From Collinsella sp. (GTDB taxonomy: Bacteria; Actinomycetota; Coriobacteriia; Coriobacteriales; Coriobacteriaceae), in contig JAGZKE010000007.1 in NCBI GenBank assembly GCA_018365375.1, forward strand, positions 10,755-74,754: a stretch of DNA of 64,000 nt, given 5' to 3'. Under the pieces are notes generated by a model that saw only the letters and a program-made list of their open reading frames with translations, was not told where the DNA came from and made no database searches. Shown here one piece after another: positions 46,916 to 55,442 of this stretch. Positions within the stretch are counted from its first letter, which is position 1. Each line of letters starts with the position of its first letter. A program made the translations under genes and the position numbers.

Positions 46916-48004
46916 TTAAAGGCCAACGGCGGATAGGATAAGGCCCCAGCCGGCGCCGATGACGTACATCATGACCAGGAACACGGCGTTTTCGCGGGCG
47001 CTGCGGTTGGTGCGGAACAGCACCAGGTAGCCCACGCCGGCAGAAATGAGCGTGCCGGCGAGCATCGGGGCCAGCTGCAGCGCGCCTTCCAGGTACAGTT
47101 GCGTGATGACGACGCTGGCCGAGCAGTTGGGAATCAGGCCGACAAGCGCCGAGCCCAGGACCGCAAGCGTCTCGTTGCCGCGCAGGAACTGCCCGATCGC
47201 CGACTCGCCAAAGATCTCGAGCACGGCGACCAGAATCAGCGTCACCAGGAAAATGAATACCGACACCTGCACGGTATGCGAGATCGCGCTGCGAATAATC
47301 GACAGGAGGGGCGCGCCCTCGTGAGAGCGGGAGTGACCGTGGCCATCATGGTGTTCATGCTCGTCCTCATGACCGTGATCGTGGCCATGTCCGTGTTCGT
47401 GCTCGTCCTCATCATCATCGCAACCGCAATGGTCGCGCTCGCACAACTCGTGGATGTGGTCGGCGCTCACGCCCGCCTCGGCCACTTCATCAATGATGTC
47501 GCCCCCGGTATGGTCGTCGTGCGCGCAGTTCACATGAGCCGGATTGGCAGCGGTCCCCAGCACGGTACGGCGAATCGCCGCATGCGCGCGGGCATTACGA
47601 CGAAGGCCGCGGATAGCCGCGTCCACGATAAAGCCCGTGACCAGCGCGATCAGTGCCTTCGAAGCCAAAAGCATCGCCATGGTCTGCACGGGCACCTGCT
47701 CGGCGAGCAACAGCGGCAGCATCTCATCGGAGGTCGAGAGGAACACGGCGACCAGCGTGCCCAGCGTCACGACACGGCCGGCGTACAGCGTTGCTGCCAT
47801 GGCCGAAAATCCGCACTGCGGCACCATGCCCAGCAACGAGCCAGCCACAGGACCCGCAGCGCCGGCGCGCTTGATAGCGCCGTTGACGCGGTCGCCCGCA
47901 ACGTGCTCAAGTGTCTCGAGAGCAAGATACGTCACCAACAAAAACGGCGCCAGCGAGAGCGTGTCCTTGCCGGCGTCGAGCAGAATATCAATCAGCAAAT
48001 CCAT
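46916..48004 (-). CDS. Putative manganese/metal permease with His-rich loop
   Basis: Two 'G.(V/I)P(Q/N)C' motifs, 'STSDE', central His/Asp/Glu-rich tract. Confidence 0.75.
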   Translation of the reverse strand: MDLLIDILLDAGKDTLSLAPFLLVTYLALETLEHVAGDRVNGAIKRAGAAGPVAGSLLGMVPQCGFSAMAATLYAGRVVTLGTLVAVFLSTSDEMLPLLLAEQVPVQTMAMLLASKALIALVTGFIVDAAIRGLRRNARAHAAIRRTVLGTAANPAHVNCAHDDHTGGDIIDEVAEAGVSADHIHELCERDHCGCDDDEDEHEHGHGHDHGHEDEHEHHDGHGHSRSHEGAPLLSIIRSAISHTVQVSVFIFLVTLILVAVLEIFGESAIGQFLRGNETLAVLGSALVGLIPNCSASVVITQLYLEGALQLAPMLAGTLISAGVGYLVLFRTNRSARENAVFLVMMYVIGAGWGLILSAVGL

Positions 48005-48042
48005 GACGGATGGAACCTTTCATGTCTTTCGGCAGCATTGTA

Positions 48043-48115
48043 AAAGTCCTAGCGGTCAACTAGGGTATTGTAGTTGTCCTAGGCGCGATGCCAATAGTTG
48101 CCCATGGTAAACTAT
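48043..48115. promoter_or_regulatory. Candidate DtxR/MntR-type operator sites
   Basis: atagttgcccatggtaaactat (48094-48115) plus two related tagttg.cc copies; same motif upstream of the DtxR-family gene. Confidence 0.5.
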
Positions 48116-48176
48116 CATCTCGCCACATCTCAATGAACCCGAGCCGCGCGGTGCGGCCCGTCCAAGGAGCAGTTAT

Positions 48177-49145
48177 ATGAACGTTTCACAAGCACTCGAA
48201 TACGAGCGTCAGCCGTTTATCCCCATGTTTATCTATGGCGATCACGGCGCCATGGAGTCCGAGCGCCAGAAGGGCGAGGAGGCCCTTAAGGTGCTCGAAA
48301 CCGAGTACTTTACCGCCGAGGGCGACCCCAGCTTCGACTTTGCCACCGTGCGCGACCTGGCTGACCGCAACCGCGACCTGTGCGACCAGATTGGCGAGGC
48401 GCGCCTGCGCAACGTGACGCCCGCGACGCTTTCGCGCGGCCTGTCCGATGCCGACACCTGCGCCGCCATCGGTAAGATGCAAAAGCGCACCGCCGCGTCG
48501 GTCATGCGCGAGATCCGCGGCGACCGCGACGCGCTCGGCGTGGCCTACGCCCGCAAGCCCATCCAGGGCACCGTGCTCGGTATCGACATCGAGACCACCG
48601 GCCGTGCACCCGAGCGCGGTTATATCATCAATGTGGGTTGGGAAATCATGGAGCTCACCAGCGACGCCGTCCCGCACGACGCCGAGGCACACTACTGCGG
48701 CCTGCCCGACATCTACCGCAGCGAGGATGTGCCGTTGTCGAATATCCACCACATCACCTGGGACGACATCGACGGCAAAAAGCCGTTCCGCGAGAACAAG
48801 GAACTGCAGAAGCAGCTGCTCAAGCTTATGAAGAAGTACCCGTACATGGCGCATAACGCCGCGTTCGAAGACAGTTGGTTCAAGATCCACCTGGACGGTT
48901 ACGCCGAGGCACGCCGCGCCGGCAAGATCATCGTCATCGACTCGCGCCAGATCTGCCGCAGCTTGGATGCCGACGTCCGCTCGCTCCCCCGCGAATCCGC
49001 CCCCGCCGCGCTCGAGAACTGGGCGCGCCGGCGCGGCACCCTCGCCGCCGACGCCAACGAGCAGCACCTGGGCCTCGACGACACCGACCTCATGCTCCGC
49101 ACCGTCCAAGCCGAGTTCAACCTCAAGAACCTGTTTGCCAAGTAG
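48177..49145 (+). CDS. DEDDh 3'-5' exonuclease domain protein
   Basis: 'GIDIETTG', 'AHNAAFE', 'HLGLDD'. Confidence 0.85.
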   Translation: MNVSQALEYERQPFIPMFIYGDHGAMESERQKGEEALKVLETEYFTAEGDPSFDFATVRDLADRNRDLCDQIGEARLRNVTPATLSRGLSDADTCAAIGKMQKRTAASVMREIRGDRDALGVAYARKPIQGTVLGIDIETTGRAPERGYIINVGWEIMELTSDAVPHDAEAHYCGLPDIYRSEDVPLSNIHHITWDDIDGKKPFRENKELQKQLLKLMKKYPYMAHNAAFEDSWFKIHLDGYAEARRAGKIIVIDSRQICRSLDADVRSLPRESAPAALENWARRRGTLAADANEQHLGLDDTDLMLRTVQAEFNLKNLFAK

Positions 49146-49495
49146 AAACGCCTGCGACAAGCATGGCCCCGTTCACGAGCGGCCCCGCAGCGGGAAACCC
49201 CGCAGCGGGGCCGCCCTACGTTCCACAGATAGATTTGCCATCACAAATTCTGAACCCTCATTTTGAACGATTTCGGCCAATTCCCGACGCGTAATTCGTT
49301 GTCGGATGGTGATGCATCACTATCAAATGTGTGGCAGTTGAGTATTTATATGCTATAGCTAAGCTGCGAAAACTTTTATTTAGGGCATACCAACTCATAA
49401 TTGCGTCAAGCTTTTGGACAGCATTTGGTTAGACCTCTAAAACGGCTTTTCCACTCAGCGCCGTCAACACGGCATTAGCTGACACGATATATATC

Positions 49496-50686
49496 ATGAG
49501 TATCGTATTGTCACATACCACTGCAAAAGCGGTCTACCAGGCCGCGCATTCGGTGTCTGCGAAAGGCATCGAGTCCTGTAGCCCTGCCGCGATTTACGGA
49601 TCATGTCCCACCGGAACGTTCCTTGACGCAGCCGCAGAATGGCTCACCAAACATGATGTTTCCCTCGACACAAATGATTCCCTCGAGGTGATGGTGTTTG
49701 ATCGCAGGAATGCGCGCTATGCAATGAACTGTCAATGCCACGTTTCTTCAAAACGATTCTCGAACTCACGCTTTATAGAGCTCAAAGATGGCATCTTCAT
49801 TGTTGGCGTTGAGCTTTGCGCACTTCAGGCCGCCACCTATCTTTCTTTTCGCGAACTAGTGGAGTACTACTTTGAACTGTGCGGCGCTTATTCCCTTGGA
49901 ACCGACTCTTCCACCTCCTATACCGAGCGTTTCGCGCTCACCTCGACCGAGAGGTTAAAGCAGTTCTTTAATTCCATTACCAGATGCGACGGTCTGGCCC
50001 TTGCCCGAAAGGCGATCCAATGTGTGCGCGACGGATGCCGGTCTCCTATGGAAACAGCCTTTGTCATGATGTTAACGCTGCCCAAAAGCGAAGGAGGGCT
50101 TGGTATTAAGGGAATTGAGACCGATTACGAGGTGCAGGTCACCACTGCCGCAAAGAATCTCACGAGACGCAAAAAGTTCTTTATGGATGCGTATCTAAAG
50201 AAATCTCGCACAGACATTGAATACAACGGTTTTTATCATGACGCGGAAGAAGACCGCGCCATCGATGAGGAGCGCAAGAATGCGCTTGCGTCCATGGGAT
50301 ACGGAATCATCACCGTCAGCCGTTATTCCTTTATGCATGCCAGCTCTTTTGTTAGGGTCATGGAAGCAATCCAGCGGAAAGAGGGCGTACGCCCCTCGCG
50401 TCTGCCAAAAGACTTTCAAATCATGCAAGAGGACCTGAGACAGTTTGTGCTCAGAAGGTTTATAGAAGAGAAAAAGCGAATTCAGAAGCAGCTTCGCCAG
50501 GATTCCGAAGATCGTCAACGAATCGACCTCGAAAAAGCAACACTCGAAGGCATCACGCTGGATGACCCGACAATTAATGAAGTTGCAGCAATCGATGACA
50601 TGCAGACTGTCGAATCCGACAGCCCATCATTTGCCCAAACAAGCAGTCTCACGCCCGAGGGCAAGGTCTTCGGTGCCGGAAACTAG
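49496..50686 (+). CDS. Uncharacterised protein with C-terminal Vsr/DUF559-like nuclease motif
   Basis: 'ELCGAY', 'RSPMET..LTLP..GGLG', 'D......IEYNGFYH', 'DEERKNALASMGY..ITV'; visibly AT-richer than neighbours. Confidence 0.6.
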   Translation: MSIVLSHTTAKAVYQAAHSVSAKGIESCSPAAIYGSCPTGTFLDAAAEWLTKHDVSLDTNDSLEVMVFDRRNARYAMNCQCHVSSKRFSNSRFIELKDGIFIVGVELCALQAATYLSFRELVEYYFELCGAYSLGTDSSTSYTERFALTSTERLKQFFNSITRCDGLALARKAIQCVRDGCRSPMETAFVMMLTLPKSEGGLGIKGIETDYEVQVTTAAKNLTRRKKFFMDAYLKKSRTDIEYNGFYHDAEEDRAIDEERKNALASMGYGIITVSRYSFMHASSFVRVMEAIQRKEGVRPSRLPKDFQIMQEDLRQFVLRRFIEEKKRIQKQLRQDSEDRQRIDLEKATLEGITLDDPTINEVAAIDDMQTVESDSPSFAQTSSLTPEGKVFGAGN

Positions 50687-50695
50687 GCCGGCTAA

Positions 50696-50950
50696 CAAGG
50701 TGGGTACCCTAACGATGTGCAAAATTGCGAGTATTCAGCAAGGTCGGGTGTCTATCACCCTCGAGTGGATCCAAATGTGAAGCGAAATCACTCTTGCGTG
50801 AGAGCGTTAGGCAACATTTGAGGAAGAACTCATCGGATTAACACCCAAAGATAACTCTTGAACTGCATTATATGACCTGCAATAAATTAGCGGACCCCCT
50901 ATAGTTGCAGAATACTCCATTTTTTGCACGGCACGAGGGTACCCACCTTG
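50696..50950. repeat. 255-bp element with long imperfect terminal inverted repeats
   Basis: Perfect 15-bp ends caaggtgggtaccct/agggtacccaccttg, continuing gtgcaaaa/ttttgcac and gagtattc/gaatactc; internal tgacctgc. Confidence 0.85.
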
Positions 50951-51032
50951 GCATCGACTATCAAAAAACGCTCAGTCCGGGATCTCGTCACCTATTCCCC
51001 ATCATTTTGTACAACGAATTACCTGAACGTCA

Positions 51033-51092
51033 TTGACATATGAACATGCACTCATATAATCGAAAGTAAATTATATGAGCGCATGTTCATAT
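51033..51092 (+). promoter_or_regulatory. Sigma-A promoter with two SmtB/ArsR operators
   Basis: TTGACA (51033)-16 bp-TATAAT (51055); atatgaacatgcactcatat and atatgagcgcatgttcatat. Confidence 0.85.
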
Positions 51093-51106
51093 GAAAGGAT
51101 ATTGCA

Positions 51107-51472
51107 ATGAGCATCCGCGTTGATGAAACGAAACTCGACATCGAGGCCACCGAACCCGCGATCCCGACCACCTGCTCGCCCGAGGACCTTCCCGACGAGG
51201 AGCTTCTCTACGACCTCGCCGACCTGTTCAAGGTCTTCAGCGACACCACGCGCATCAAGATTCTCTATGCTCTCATGGGCCGCGAGCTCTGCGTGGCAGA
51301 CATCGCCGAAGCGACCGAAACCTCGCAGTCCGCGGTGTCGCACCAGCTGCGCACACTCAAGCAGTCACACCTGGTTAAATTCCGGCGCGACGGGCGCAAT
51401 ATCCTATACTCGCTCGCCGACGACCACGTCTACACCATGCTCAACCAGGGCATGAGCCACATCTGCGAATAG
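51107..51472 (+). CDS. ArsR/SmtB family metal-sensing repressor
   Basis: 'LFKVFSDTTRIKIL', 'ELCVADIA', 'SQSAVSHQLR', alpha5 site 'DDH..........H..E'. Confidence 0.95.
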   Translation: MSIRVDETKLDIEATEPAIPTTCSPEDLPDEELLYDLADLFKVFSDTTRIKILYALMGRELCVADIAEATETSQSAVSHQLRTLKQSHLVKFRRDGRNILYSLADDHVYTMLNQGMSHICE

Positions 51473-51535
51473 CGACCAACCACGGTACCAGCGCGGCCTG
51501 CACCCAAGCCGCAAATACGGGGAAAGGAACCCACC

Positions 51536-51754
51536 ATGAAAAAGCAGTTCAAGCTCGACGAGATCGACTGCGCCAACTGCGCGCGTAAGCTTCAGGACGA
51601 GCTGGCCAAGCTCGAGGGCGTCAAGTCCGTTTCGGTCAACTTTATGACCCAGAAGCTGACGCTCGAGGCCGATGAAGCCGAGTTCGACGAGGTCCTCGAC
51701 CGCGTTGTGGAGTTCACCGCCGACGCCGAGCCGGACTGCGAGATCATTCTCTAG
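51536..51754 (+). CDS. Heavy-metal-associated (HMA) domain protein
   Basis: 'IDCANCA' CxxC motif; 72 aa. Confidence 0.9.
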   Translation: MKKQFKLDEIDCANCARKLQDELAKLEGVKSVSVNFMTQKLTLEADEAEFDEVLDRVVEFTADAEPDCEIIL

Positions 51755-51785
51755 CCCAGGTTTACGCCAACCCGCAAGGCCGCGC

Positions 51786-51831
51786 TTGACGCGGCCTTTG
51801 CTCGCGAAATTGTATGAGCGAATGTTCATAC
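51786..51831 (+). promoter_or_regulatory. Third SmtB/ArsR operator (internal, before the ATPase)
   Basis: gtatgagcgaatgttcatac at 51812-51831; TTGACG at 51786. Confidence 0.7.
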
Positions 51832-51854
51832 GTTCAAATGGGAGGATACGAGTC

Positions 51855-53807
51855 ATGGCCACCGCCGACCCCAAGAAGAAAAAGAAGAAGCGCAAGAAAA
51901 AAGAGTCACTCGAGCATAAGCGCAACCGCATACTGGTAGCGCTGGGCATTTTTGCCGTGGTGTACGCCCTCGATGAGCTCGGCACCCTCACTGCCGCATT
52001 CGGCACCCCGGGCGACATCTACGCCAGCTTCGCACTGTTCCTCGTGCCGTTTTTGATTGCCGGCTACGACGTGCTCCAAAAGGCATACAACAACATCCGC
52101 CGCGGCAAGGCGTTCGACGAGAGCTTCCTCATGGCCGTCGCGACCATCGGCGCGTTTGCCATGGTGCTCTTCCCCGACACCGATCCGCACATGGCCGAAG
52201 GCGCCGCCGTCATGCTGTTCTACCAGGTCGGCGAGCTGTTCCAGGCATACGCCGTGGGCAAGAGCCGTAAATCGATCAGCGCCATGATGGACATCGCACC
52301 CGACTACGCCAACGTCGAGCAACCCGACGGCACACTCGAGCAGGTCTTCCCCGATGACATCGCCGTGGGCACCGTCATCGTCGTCAAGCCCGGCGAGCGC
52401 GTGCCTATCGACGGCGTCATCGTCGAGGGCGAGACACAGCTCGATACCGCCGCGCTCACGGGCGAGTCAGTCCCCCGCCCGGCCAAAGCCGGAGACGATA
52501 TCATCAGCGGCTGCATCAACATGACGGGGCTCATCCACGTGCGCACCACCAAGCCCTTTGGCGAGTCCACCGTCGCACGCGTCCTGGAGCTCGTGGAAAA
52601 TGCCAGCGAAAAGAAGGCGCGCACTGAGAACTTTATCACGCGCTTCGCCCGCGTCTACACGCCCGCCGTCACCGGCGCTGCCGCGGTACTCGCGCTCGGC
52701 GGCGGCTTGGTCACCGGCGCCTGGTCCGACTGGATCCTGCGCGGCCTGACCTTCCTGGTCGTCAGCTGCCCGTGCGCGCTCGTGATTAGCGTCCCGCTCA
52801 GCTTCTTTGGCGGCATTGGCGGCGCATCCAAGCTGGGCGTCCTCATCAAGGGCTCCAACTACCTCGAGACGCTCGCCGATGTGGACACCGTCGTCTTTGA
52901 CAAGACCGGCACGCTCACCAACGGCACGTTTTCGGTCGTGGCGGTACACCCCGAGGCTGGCTACACCGAGCAGTCGCTGCTTGAAGTCGCAGCTCTTGCG
53001 GAGTCGTTCTCCGATCACCCCATCGCGCAGTCCGTGCGTGTCGCCTACCAGGGCGAGGTCGACCCCAAGCGCGTTAGCAACTCCGCCAACGACGCGGGCC
53101 ACGGCGTGACGGCAACCATCGACGGCAAGCACGTCGTCGTTGGCAACGCAAAAATGCTCGCCGCGACCGGAGTCGAAGCGCCCGATTGCGAGGTCGTCGG
53201 TACGATCCTTCACGTGCTGGTCGATGGCATCTATGCCGGCCACATTGTAATTGCCGACACCGTCAAGGCCGATGCCGAGCAGACGATCAGCGACCTGCAC
53301 GCCGCCGGCGTCAAGCGCACCGTCATGCTCACGGGCGACCGCGAGGAGGTTGCGGCGTCTGTGGCCAAGCAACTCAGTCTCGACGAGTTCCACGCGCAGC
53401 TGCTGCCGGGCGATAAGGTCGAGCGTGTTGAGGCGTTGCTCGCGGCCGAAAGCGGCAAGGGCAAGCTCGCCTTTGTCGGCGACGGTATCAACGACGCACC
53501 TGTGCTTACGCGCGCCGATGTGGGCATTGCCATGGGCGCTATGGGTTCCGACGCCGCGATTGAGGCCGCCGACGTGGTGCTCATGGATGACAAGCCGTCC
53601 AACATTTCCCGCGCGATCCGCGTGGCGCGCAAGACCATGGCGATTGTTTGGCAGAACATCATCTTTGCGCTGGGCATTAAGCTGCTGATTCTAGTGCTGG
53701 CAGCACTCGGCATTGCCAACATGTGGCTTGCTGTGTTCGGCGACGTAGGCGTGGCGATCATCGCCATCCTGAACGCCATGCGCGCGATGGGTGTCAAGAA
53801 CCTGTAG
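51855..53807 (+). CDS. cadA: Zn/Cd-type P1B ATPase
   Basis: 'TGES', 'SCPCAL', 'DKTGT', 'HPIA', 'GDGINDAP'; Lys and Asp/Gly in the last TM helices. Confidence 0.9.
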   Translation: MATADPKKKKKKRKKKESLEHKRNRILVALGIFAVVYALDELGTLTAAFGTPGDIYASFALFLVPFLIAGYDVLQKAYNNIRRGKAFDESFLMAVATIGAFAMVLFPDTDPHMAEGAAVMLFYQVGELFQAYAVGKSRKSISAMMDIAPDYANVEQPDGTLEQVFPDDIAVGTVIVVKPGERVPIDGVIVEGETQLDTAALTGESVPRPAKAGDDIISGCINMTGLIHVRTTKPFGESTVARVLELVENASEKKARTENFITRFARVYTPAVTGAAAVLALGGGLVTGAWSDWILRGLTFLVVSCPCALVISVPLSFFGGIGGASKLGVLIKGSNYLETLADVDTVVFDKTGTLTNGTFSVVAVHPEAGYTEQSLLEVAALAESFSDHPIAQSVRVAYQGEVDPKRVSNSANDAGHGVTATIDGKHVVVGNAKMLAATGVEAPDCEVVGTILHVLVDGIYAGHIVIADTVKADAEQTISDLHAAGVKRTVMLTGDREEVAASVAKQLSLDEFHAQLLPGDKVERVEALLAAESGKGKLAFVGDGINDAPVLTRADVGIAMGAMGSDAAIEAADVVLMDDKPSNISRAIRVARKTMAIVWQNIIFALGIKLLILVLAALGIANMWLAVFGDVGVAIIAILNAMRAMGVKNL

Positions 53808-53827
53808 CGTTCGTGGGCTGTCCGGCC

Positions 53828-53946
53828 GGGACCGGGCTTGGTTTTGAAAACGTCCTCGCGCATGAGGCCCGTCTTTCCTGCTCCTGCGGAGCAACGGAAA
53901 GACGGGCCTCGCGCTGCGGAGTGTTTTCAAAACCAAGCCCGGCCCC
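53828..53946. repeat. ~120-bp nested hairpin element
   Basis: Perfect 20-bp outer arms and 15-bp inner arms; apex tgctcc-tgc-ggagca. Confidence 0.9.
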
Positions 53947-54068
53947 GACCTGCGTTGACACAGCTGGTGGTTCTTGGGCATCGCTTACTGACGGGGTTCC
54001 TTGTCTGAATTGGACTTAGTTGGTGGTGCTACTGATCCCGGTCGCTGTCCCGCGCCGCTGCGGGAGTG

Positions 54069-54458
54069 CTAGTCGGTCATTATTGGCGCCGAAGCACCGT
54101 CCCGTCCCAGCATCGCCCTCAGCTTCTCGAAGCTTTCCTCGCTTAGGCAGTGCTCCATGTGGCAGCCCTCTTGCGACGCGACCTCAGCCGAAACACCCGC
54201 ATCCTCTAGCAGCCCCACGAAAAAGCAGTGACGCTCCCACATTTGGCGCGCGACCTCCAGACCACGCTCCGTCAGATGAACGTCGCGCTTGCCCATTTCG
54301 ACATAGCCGTTGCTTTCCAACGTCGCCATGGCCTTGGAAACGCTCGCCTTGGTTACGCCGAGGTGCTCCGCAACGTCGATCGAGCGCACGATGCCCTGAC
54401 GTTCCGACAGAACGTAGATCGATTCGAGATAGTCTTCTCCGGATTCACGTAGGGCCAT
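54069..54458 (-). CDS. DtxR/MntR family metal-dependent regulator
   Basis: 'SGEDYLESIY', 'VRSIDVA', 'SVSKAM', 'ERH', 'GCHMEHCLS'. Confidence 0.93.
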   Translation of the reverse strand: MALRESGEDYLESIYVLSERQGIVRSIDVAEHLGVTKASVSKAMATLESNGYVEMGKRDVHLTERGLEVARQMWERHCFFVGLLEDAGVSAEVASQEGCHMEHCLSEESFEKLRAMLGRDGASAPIMTD

Positions 54459-54596
54459 GGGCCGCCTTTCGCGATGATTGCTAGTTAGCCTTTGGATACT
54501 TTTCACAGCTTACTTTACCGCAAAAGTTGCCCATGTCTTACTACTTTGCCTAAAAGTTAGCCGTGTTTCACAAAACGTGCGGGACGAAAACAAAAT

Positions 54597-54657
54597 GGGG
54601 ACGCCCCGCAAGGAGTGTCCCCAGGTGCCGGCAGAAAAGGAGCGTCCCAAAGTGCCG
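54597..54657. repeat. GGGAC-loop palindrome cluster, family D
   Basis: ggggacgccccgcaaggagtgtccccaggtgccggcagaaaaggagcgtcccaaagtgccg. Confidence 0.8.
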
Positions 54658-54665
54658 AGCCGCAG

Positions 54666-55436
54666 CTATAACAGGCCAAAGTGCTTTGCGGCGTTGTAGA
54701 TCCCATCGTCGTCCACGGCGGTCGTCACGTAGGTCGCCGCAGCTTTCACCGTGTCCTGCGCGTTGCCCATGGCCACACTTGTGCCCACGGCCGAGAACAT
54801 CGACAGGTCGTTCTCGCCGTCGCCAAAGGCAATCGCTTGACTCGCGTCGATGCCCAGGCGCTCCAGCGTCGCCGCCACACCCAGGTCCTTGCCGCCGTTG
54901 GCCGGAATAATGTCGCAGAACAGGTCGCACCAGCGCGTGGTGAGCGAATGCGACACGGCATCGGTCACGATATGCTCGTCAACTGGGTCAACAAAGGCAC
55001 AGAACTGATAGACCGGCGCGTCAAAGGCATGCTCAAACGGCTCCTCGTGGTAGACGATTCCCGCGTTGCTGCCAGCCGTCACCACGCGCTCGGACAGGCG
55101 GTTCACAAACGAGTTCTCGCCCTGCATGCACAGTGAGTCGTAGCGCCCCTGCGCCACCTGGTCCACAATCACCGCAACGTCGTCCGGATCGATCGGGCAG
55201 CTGCGGTAGACGCCCTTGGCATCAAAACAGTGCTGGCCCGAAAGCGTAATGTACGCATCCCAGCCCAGGTCGAACAGCCAGTCCGGCATCTGGTAGGTCG
55301 GACGGCCCGTGGCGATCACGCACGCAATCCCCTGCTCGCGAAAGCTGTCGAGCACCTGCTGCGCCGACGCCGGAATCCGGTGGGTCTTAAAGCTCAGCAG
55401 CGTACCGTCGATATCGAAAAACGCGGCTTTGATCAT
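54666..55436 (-). CDS. Cof-type HAD-IIB hydrolase
   Basis: 'FFDIDGTL', 'ATGR', 'AFGDGENDLSM', 'AMGNA'. Confidence 0.93.
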   Translation of the reverse strand: MIKAAFFDIDGTLLSFKTHRIPASAQQVLDSFREQGIACVIATGRPTYQMPDWLFDLGWDAYITLSGQHCFDAKGVYRSCPIDPDDVAVIVDQVAQGRYDSLCMQGENSFVNRLSERVVTAGSNAGIVYHEEPFEHAFDAPVYQFCAFVDPVDEHIVTDAVSHSLTTRWCDLFCDIIPANGGKDLGVAATLERLGIDASQAIAFGDGENDLSMFSAVGTSVAMGNAQDTVKAAATYVTTAVDDDGIYNAAKHFGLL

Positions 55437-55442
55437 TCTCGC

